Positions 55,851-64,000 of a DNA stretch of 64,000 nucleotides are shown here, piece after piece. Each line of letters starts with the position of its first letter. Position 1 is the stretch's first letter. A model generated the notes under the pieces. That model saw only the letters and a program-made list of their open reading frames with translations. It ran no database searches and had not been told where the DNA came from. Both the position numbers and the translations under genes were made by a program. The stretch is from Octopus vulgaris. Taxonomy: Eukaryota. The stretch is from NCBI GenBank assembly GCA_951406725.2, contig OX597825.1, positions 31,372,001-31,436,000 of the forward strand. Reading direction: 5' to 3'.

Positions 55851-58195
55851 TTACCATCGCAACCACCATTTCCGCTCCAATCAACACTATTACTATCATC
55901 ACCACCACCACCACCACCACCACCACCGCCGCCGCCACCACCACACATCGATATACATACGTGCACAAGCATGCAAACCTGCATACACACACACACACAC
56001 ACACAACCACACATACCTACATAGATACATCCAGACGCACCAGCACACATAAACACAGATATACATATACACACCTGAACACATACGCAGTCATTCACAT
56101 AGTCACAACATACACTATAGTGCACGCGTACACACATACACACACACACAAACTTACAAAAATGTACAAGTATCCTGTATCACACACACAGAGACAATCA
56201 TATCTCGTCCCCACCACACACACACGCACATATCTTGTCCACACACACACACACACACACACCACACACATGCTCACGTACACAATCACACATATACACA
56301 CTCACACGTCTTTCTTTACGTGGACACCGCCATTACCACTACATCCATCAGGATAAACTGCGGTTCAAGAATTTGGATCTGGAGATCTCCATTTCCAGCG
56401 ACTTCAATGACCACCTCCAAGTGGTGTCGGGCATCAACGAAGATCCCTTGACTAAAACAAGACGACCAAAGTTTTTTTTTCCAAGGTCTGGGGTCTCCCG
56501 CTCCTAAGCCCTAAACCATCACCTAATCACCTTTACCCGTCTTGTTGCTTAACAACAATAATCAGGATAAACTTACAACAACAGCAACAGCAACAACAGT
56601 GACCAACCCTCTACGGCGAAATGGTGAAGCAGTCAGAGCATCGGACGAAATGCCTCTCCATATTTATCCTGGCTCTCTTGTTCTGAGTTTAAATACCACC
56701 GAGGTCAGACTTGCCCTTCATCTTTCCAGGGTTAATAAATAAAGTGTGCGTTTGAGATAGTCGACTGGCGAATTCATAAGAGCCTTGGACAGGATACTCA
56801 GCAGCATTCCTTCCTACTCTTTACGCTCCGATTTTAAATCCCGTCCTTGGTTGATAGATCAGATCCAATGCGCAGTTGAACACCACCAGCTGTCACTTTG
56901 GTGTCTTAACTCAAAGCTTTCGGGTCATGTCTCCAATTTGAGGATATTTTCCTCTTTCTGAATCCTTGCTGACAAAGGAGAAATAAATATCTCCAAAAAG
57001 CTCGATCTCACCCTGTGTCTTTAAACGGAAGGACACAGGAGAATGCTGTTAGCGGTAGATAACCCTTAAATGACCGGTTAGCTTAGGTTTGCAATGATTT
57101 ACTTCATGTCTACTTCTATATCGATTCGCCTCTGGTTCAATAATAACAATAATTCTTTCTACTGACGATACAAAGACTGAAAATTTCGGAGAGGGAATAA
57201 GTCGATTCCCTCGACTCCAGTATCTGAATGGTACTTGTTTTATTGAATGCGAAGGGATGGAAGGCAAAATCGACCTCAGCATGAGAACGGACGAAATGCC
57301 GCTAAGCATTTTAACCGGCGTGCTAACGATTCTGCCAGCTCGCCCCACGATGCGACTAGTGTCTACCCACGGTCGCTCAACATGCTGGAAATAGCAGCCG
57401 AACCCCTTACGACTTTCCCTACTTTCGATGTCAATAAACAAATGTACACATCCAAAGGGGGAATCAACGGGATTGTTAGGGCCTGGTGTGAGATTCCCAC
57501 GCTATTTTACATTATGAGTTCTTGAATCGCAAGCTTAATACGTCCCCTACCTCCAGTTTAACAGCAACACCCTGGTAACTTAGCTCCTTTTAGCGGGGTT
57601 AAAGACAGCTTCCTTCCGTCGCCATTTTTGAAAAGCGTTGAAAATAAAGATTCATAGACAATGTTCTTCCCTTTCTGATTAAATGGGAATAAAAACAAAA
57701 TTGTACCACTTTATATTGATGTTGCTTCTTGTCTCAACACAAGGCTTGAAATTGAGAGAAGGGGTTCAGCTGATAACATCGACTCCAGTATTTGACAGGC
57801 ACTTATTTTAACGGCACCCGAAATGATTAAAAGCTGAGTCGACTTCGTTGGTATTTGAAACCGGTCCATAAAGAACCAGATGAATGAAATACCGCTGAAT
57901 GTTTTTGTCCGGCAAGCAAACAATTCTGCTACTACGCTGTCATTGTTTTGACGTTATATTAAATACACAGAAGGCGGCAAATTGACAGACTCGTTGACAT
58001 TCTGGACGAAATGCTTAGCGGCGTTTCTTCTGACTTTACGATCTGGGTTCAAACACACCCATGTCTTTGACTTTGGCTTCCCTTCTCTCGGGGTCAATAA
58101 AATAAGTACCAGTCGAACTATGGGTTCGATGTAATCGACTGACCCCCATCCCTAAAAAGTTTTGTGCTAAAATTTGAAACCAATATATTAACTAC

Positions 58196-58295
58196 CGATA
58201 GTACATATACTGAAATTGGGATGATACAGAGAAGATTAGCATGACATCTGCACAAGAATGACACGGGAATTCATGCAGCAATCCATATTTTTTTT
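58196..58295 (+). pseudogene. U6: U6 snRNA retrocopy (5' end eroded)
   Basis: ACATATACTgAAATTGGgAtGATACAGAGAAGATTAGCATG...ATGACACG..AATTC.TG.AGC..TCCATATTTTT is colinear with U6 (ACAGAGA box, AGC triad), with many substitutions. Confidence 0.92.
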
Positions 58296-59458
58296 ATTAC
58301 AGTTGTGCTCCAGTATGAACGCAGCCGCATGGCTGAAATGCATAAAAGATATCATTTTGAATTAAGCTCGTTAAACTCGAAATTGAGGAAAATAAATCTA
58401 GCAAAAACTGCGAATAACTATAAAGATATATTTTTTCTGTATAAAACTATTCCCCTATTTGAAAAAAAAAAATTCCCATCAAAAAGCGGAGATTTTTCCC
58501 CGGAAGGGAATAAAAATTTCATTCAAGTCAAGAAATAGCGAGTCCGTAATCGAAATAATTATAACTTAGATTTTCTCCAACTCACATCTCTTCAACGTAT
58601 TGACATACGTGGGATAAATGTTATTTGTTATTATTGTTGGGCTTGTTTAACCCCATGTCATCACTCTCAAGTGATCAAATATCGTCATCGACTCTCCTAT
58701 ACCAGACGAAAGATGAGGCTTCTGCAATTTCTTGCTGAACAACCTGAACATGATTTGTTTATAGTGATCAAACGGTTGTAGTGACATTAGCTTGTTCCCG
58801 CTATCGATAATATCGGTACAGGTTCACGATGTGCCACTAGTCAGATGTTGAATTGATCGCAGAACAATATGAAATGAAGTGTTTCGCTGTTGCACACAAC
58901 GCACCACCCAGGCCGGAATTCGAAACGGTGTTCTTATGATCGTGAAAGCAACACACGAACTACTAGGTCATGCGCCTTCACTGTATGATGAAAAATATGC
59001 CGGCCATAAACCTCGATTTTTGTTTATATTTTTATACGTCTGTATCTATATTGTTTGATGTGTCCTCTATTTTATCTTTTGGTTGGCTAAGATGTGAGAG
59101 AGATTTGGCTGTTATCTCTAGGAGATCAAGCGACTGTATGACTGTTCCCACGTTGATTCGTGTTGTTTTTTCTGATGTTATGGAGCGTCGACTATATCGT
59201 GACTGTTGTTGTTGGGAGGGAGGTGATGCCTCCGAGCAAATTCGCTGAATGGTGGATGACAGTGGTAAGCATTGTCCAAGTGAACGGGTTTGCTCTGAGC
59301 ATGCGCCTGGAGCTTGAAGGAGAATAAATGGCAGAAAACGTTTGACGTTGTCCCCAGCGTACCTGTTGTTTTGATAGGATTTCCCATCATCAGCCATCGG
59401 AAGTCTACTTACATTTGGAAAATTTTTGTTTGCTTTATTTTCATTTGTCATTTCACTT

Positions 59459-59500
<42 letters not shown>

Positions 59501-59551
59501 TGAACTCATTAGAAATAGCAGCTAAAAAAACTTTTTTAAAACTATTTCCAA

Positions 59552-59580
<29 letters not shown>

Positions 59581-59582
<2 letters not shown>

Positions 59583-59772
59583 CGGGAAGCTTTATGAAAA
59601 TAGACAAAAGACGAAGGCAGGTGGAAAACAAACGAACAATTGTATTAATAGGTTAATCCAAACGGGAAAACAGAAAAAACAACAACACGTGGAACAATTA
59701 CAGTATTATTATTATTAGGCGCTCAGGAAAATGGAAGAAGGAGGGTATGACGTTTCGAGCGGAGCTCTTCAT
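59581..59772 (-). mobile_element. (TA)n-flanked fragment with truncated hammerhead
   Basis: Minus: GAAGAG-CTCCG-CTC-GAAA-CG-TC-ATACC; the 5' core is cut off by a microsatellite. Confidence 0.55.
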
Positions 59773-59835
59773 ATGTATGTATGAATGTATGAATGTATGT
59801 ATGTATGTATGTATGTATTTATGTACGTATGTATT

Positions 59836-59886
<51 letters not shown>

Positions 59887-60572
59887 CCCCACACTGTATT
59901 GTCCCATACCATCCTCGGTCTTTTTTGTCAAACGTCGTGGCTAATAAAGAAAGCACTAATGATGTTGGCATCGTGGTTGTTAAGGCAGTGTATTAGAGGA
60001 AGACATTTGAGTTTTGTATTACAATTCCATCCATGTTTAAGATGTTTTATAGGAATATTAAATCAAAGACACGACTGCATATTTTATAGACTCCAACTGA
60101 ATGAAAAGCAAATAAATTTAAGATCAGAAAGATCTGAATTCAGAGCGTAAAAATTTGCTACTAAATGAACGCAAGCGTTTTGTTCGAAGCATCGAACTAT
60201 TCTGTCAATCTACTGTCTATTGCTGTATATAATTTTGTCCCTTCGTTTTCATCTCAAATTCTGCCTGTATGGATTTTATCGTTTATATTTCCGGGGTTGT
60301 TGAAACATATTCTAATCGAGCCAAGTGACTCGACAGTTCTGTTTCCTGAAATATTGTGGTGATATGCTAATTGTAGAAATCATTATTATAAGTGTTGTTG
60401 TTATTGCTGATACGGCTTTACGATTCTATCTAAGTATGGGTCCCTGTTCAGAACTACAGATCCCAGCTCCAAGTAAATTGCTTCACTACCTACGAGAGAA
60501 AAACTAGGGAGCAAAAACTATAATCAATCCGGATCAGAACCTCCGGCTTTCTAACCTGATACTACAACAACA

Positions 60573-60980
60573 GTGGAGGCGCAATGGCCCAGTGGTTAGG
60601 GCAGCGGACTCGCGGTCGTAGGATCGCGGTTTCGATTCCCAGACCGGGCGTTGTGAGTGTTTATTGAGCGAAAACACCTAAAAGCTCCACGAGGCTCCGG
60701 CAGGGGATGGTGGTGATCCCTGCTGTACTCTTTCACCACAACTTTCTCTCACTCTTACTTCCTGTTTCTGTTGTACCTGTATTTCAAAGGACCGGCCTTG
60801 TCACTCTCTGTGTCACGCTGAATATCCCCGAGAACTACATTAAGGGTGCACGTGTCTGTGGAGTGCTCAGCCACTTACACGTTAATTTCACGAGCAGGCT
60901 GTTCCGTTGATCGGATCAACCGGAACCCTCGTCGTCGTAACCGACGGAGTGCTCCTACCTACTACAACAACAACAACAAC
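60573..60980 (+). mobile_element. Full-length tRNA-derived SINE (head C, tail X)
   Basis: A box TGGCCCAGTGG, B box GGTTTCGATTCCC, (AAC)n tail; TACTACAACAACA on both sides (possible TSD). Confidence 0.88.
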
Positions 60981-61634
60981 TACTACTACCACAACCAACA
61001 ATAATTTCTGTGCAAAGCAAGTACAAACGTTTGAATCCACTTCAATGGTCAGAACATCTCCCTTCACAAATTGGTAGCTAGATGATACAAATCAGGATTT
61101 TACCGAGGCCAGAATACAATCAACTCACACAAATAAATGCTATTGTCTTCCTTCCCTGCTTTCGTTATGTGCCAACGATCGAAACTTGGGACTTGAGCAA
61201 TCTAAAGCCAATGAACGCTTCACTCACGTCCACATTTCATAAATTACATAATGTTAAAACTAAAATGCTGGAAATCGAAACACATTCATACGAATTTTTT
61301 GTAACATGATATTTCAGGGAGAATTTTCCTTTCAAAGTTCATAGCACGTCATAGCACATCGCTGAGTGTCACTTCTGATACAGGTGCAATAGATTCACCA
61401 TCATTGTCCTAGAACAAGCTTGAATAATTCTCTTGCACTGTCAAAATTTCATATAAAAGATCGCGTATGGACAAGGTATATATAAGCACATGCGTAATTT
61501 ATTTGTTTATATACACGTGTGCATGAATGTGTGTATATGTATGCGTGCGTGCGTGTGTGTGTGTGTGCGTGAGCGTGCGTGCATGCATGTATATATATAT
61601 GCATATATATACGAACATATTTGCATATGTGTGC

Positions 61635-61669
<35 letters not shown>

Positions 61670-61674
<5 letters not shown>

Positions 61675-61738
61675 ATATAAACGGCAGTTTGTCTGTGCGT
61701 TTTCTGTGTGTCTGTTTTCTCGTACCCTCTACTGCTAG
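61670..61738 (+). mobile_element. 69-bp mini-Helitron derivative
   Basis: TCTCTATATAAACGGCAGTTTGTCTGTG...TGCTAG between A and T; both ends match the 11610-12096 element. Confidence 0.7.
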
Positions 61739-61854
61739 TATATATATATATATATATTTATAATAAGAGTAGATCGTATACGAGTGGGTATATATGTGTA
61801 AAAAAAGAAGTTTGAAAACGCCACTATATTAGATAAATTTTAATTTTCTTATGA

Positions 61855-61899
61855 ATTTTACATGTTTCGGTTCTTGAAAAGACGAACCTTATCAAAAAT
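61855..61899 (-). ncRNA. Minimal hammerhead motif, U3-A8 core variant
   Basis: ATTT-TTGATAA-GGTTC(10 nt)GAACC-GAAA-CATG-TA-AAAT. Confidence 0.75.
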
Positions 61900-62174
61900 A
61901 TTATACAAAGTGAAAATTGAAAAGTTCATAATCGTTTCTTACTGTTAATCGCTATATTCCTGTTGAGTGTATTGAAGAAGTCCATTATTGTTTCTTGCTG
62001 GTATTAAAAGGAACCGCTTTTTTGTTACTTTGTGTTCCAATGGTAGCAACAGTAGTGATTGTTGGTCGTAGTAGTTGGTCGTAATTTTGGCAACCTTGGT
62101 GGTGGTTGGGGTTAGTAGTAGAGGAGGACTGTTGATCGTAGCAGCAAAAAGTGGTGGGTTCACTGGCACTGTTC

Positions 62175-62205
62175 ACTGACGTCACATAATTCCAAACCAA
62201 TCAAA
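62175..62205. promoter_or_regulatory. Candidate CRE + CCAAT promoter module
   Basis: TGACGTCA at 62177 and CCAATCA at 62197 in unique sequence. Confidence 0.3.
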
Positions 62206-62231
62206 ACCAAACTTCAACGAATACAAGGTAA

Positions 62232-62432
62232 AGACCCCTAACTATATCATGTAAGGAAACCAACCAAGTAGAACGACAAGCTTGACCGCGGAAGAAAAAC
62301 GTCATCAATTTTTTAACGAATCAAAATCAGCTCTGACCCTTAACTGTATCCTGTAAGGAAACCAAACAAGCAGAACGACAAGTTTGACCACGGAAGAAAA
62401 ACGTCATCAACTTTTTAACGAATCAAAATCAG
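62232..62432. repeat. Two-copy tandem repeat of about 103 bp
   Basis: GACCC.TAACT.TATC.TGTAAGGAAACCAA...TTTTAACGAATCAAAATCAG occurs twice. Confidence 0.85.
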
Positions 62433-62894
62433 ATTTGCTCGTACAAAAAAAAATTTTTCCTTTATAAATTCATTTTTCCCCAAAACATACCACTTGGTAT
62501 GCATATATACAGACAGACATTCTATCTCCGAGGAGTATCAAACAAGATCCGAAACCAGTCAAATAGATCAATTTGTTCACTGAAAGAAAGCAAATCAGAG
62601 AGATATTTGTTTACATTAGTTATAATAGAGGAATACTCCGGTGTATTGTTCGAAGAAAACAGGTTTACACTTTGTCCTATAATACAAAGCACACACATAC
62701 ACATCCACTTTCTCACACACACACATGCACAGTCTCTCACACACATTCACACAGATTGTATGAACTTAATACATAATCGTAGATTATAAATTCGCTACTG
62801 AATCTTACAATTCACTACTTAAAGTTTCTGGTTTACGATTTCCGAACGTGACACTATCCGTCTTCCATTCACCTCTTTCCCTCTTTCTTTCTAT

Positions 62895-62930
<36 letters not shown>

Positions 62931-63200
62931 CTGTTTCTCTCTCTTTCTGTCTCTCCCTCTCTCTCCCTCTTACTCTTACTCACTATCTCTATCTCTCTCC
63001 CTCCGTATCTTTCATCTAAAATCTTCTCCATTTATCGCTCAATCGATCGATCAATTTGTCTATCTATCTTTTCGTCTAGCTATCGATATAATTGACTCTC
63101 TCTCTCTCTCTCTCTCTCTCTCGCAATATAAAGAATTATTCAACTAAGATAATCTAAATAATTTGTAGTGAAAAACTGTCCCTAGATAATGTTTGAATTT

Positions 63201-63299
<99 letters not shown>

Positions 63300-64000
63300 T
63301 AAAAACGAGAAGAGAAAAGTCCAAAAATATCATTTCATCGAAAGTTATGGACAATATAAACAACGATGATATTGATACAGCATCTGGTTTTTAAAAACAT
63401 GGTGCAAACAAGGGACATGTTTCGATCGTATTAGACCTGCTTCACGAAACATACTGGAAAAACTTAGAAGAGATCACTATGTATGTATGCATATATGTAT
63501 GTATGTAGGTAGGTATTATGTAAAATACACACACACAAACGTGTGTGTGTGTGAATGGCTGTATGATGTAGCGGCGTAGTTATGAAATTCGCTTGGCAAC
63601 CAAATGGTTTTGCAATTCAGTGCAAATGCGCAGCACGTTAGTCAAGTGCCTTCTATTATACCATCGAGTCGCATGCGTGCGTGTTATTGTGTTTATTCCT
63701 AACTTTTGCCGCTTAACACCCAATATTATTTTGCTTGTGTCCCCGTGACTAGCGGCTCCGCATAAGAACCCGATAACATACGTGCTAGATTAAAAAGAAA
63801 ACGATAGGGACTATCGTTGGCGTGGGGCGTTGGGGTGTGCAATTTGCTAGATTAAACTCTTCAAGGTGCTTCTTCACCAAGACCGATGTCTAATGACAAA
63901 TTTAAGTAACAAATATCAAATTATATTGAGTCTTCTCATAAATAATGCGGCTTTTTCAACTGTATGAACTAAAAGTCGGAGGGGGACGGGATAAACTACA

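Noticed and set aside
55620-56052. His/Pro/Ser-rich ORFs
   Set aside because: They derive from (CAC)/(CAT) triplet runs with no splice or domain evidence.
58196-58295. Functional U6 gene
   Set aside because: The 5' stem-loop is lost, the internal stem-loop is mutated, and a SINE occupies the position of the PSE/TATA promoter.
60573-60645. tRNA-like cloverleaf with A/B boxes
   Set aside because: It is a SINE head, continuous with the SINE body and present in several diverged copies.

Overview
AT-rich, microsatellite-saturated eukaryotic DNA. The tRNA-derived SINE families resemble those of octopod cephalopods (recalled, not searched). No host protein-coding gene can be confidently called; nearly all listed ORFs are microsatellite translations. 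The window is a mosaic of SINEs, decayed LINEs (CR1, RTE, R4-like RLE, Tx1-like), Tc1/mariner relics, non-autonomous Helitrons, a U6 retrocopy and one nearly intact Penelope-like element (RT + GIY-YIG, 38200-40526, minus). The main signal is a dispersed set of about ten minimal type I hammerhead ribozyme motifs or remnants in (TA)n-adjacent Penelope-type elements. These include a 499-nt tandem/inverted retrozyme-like unit and two copies with a compensatory U3-A8 core and covarying stems. All folds were read by eye and no activity is demonstrated.
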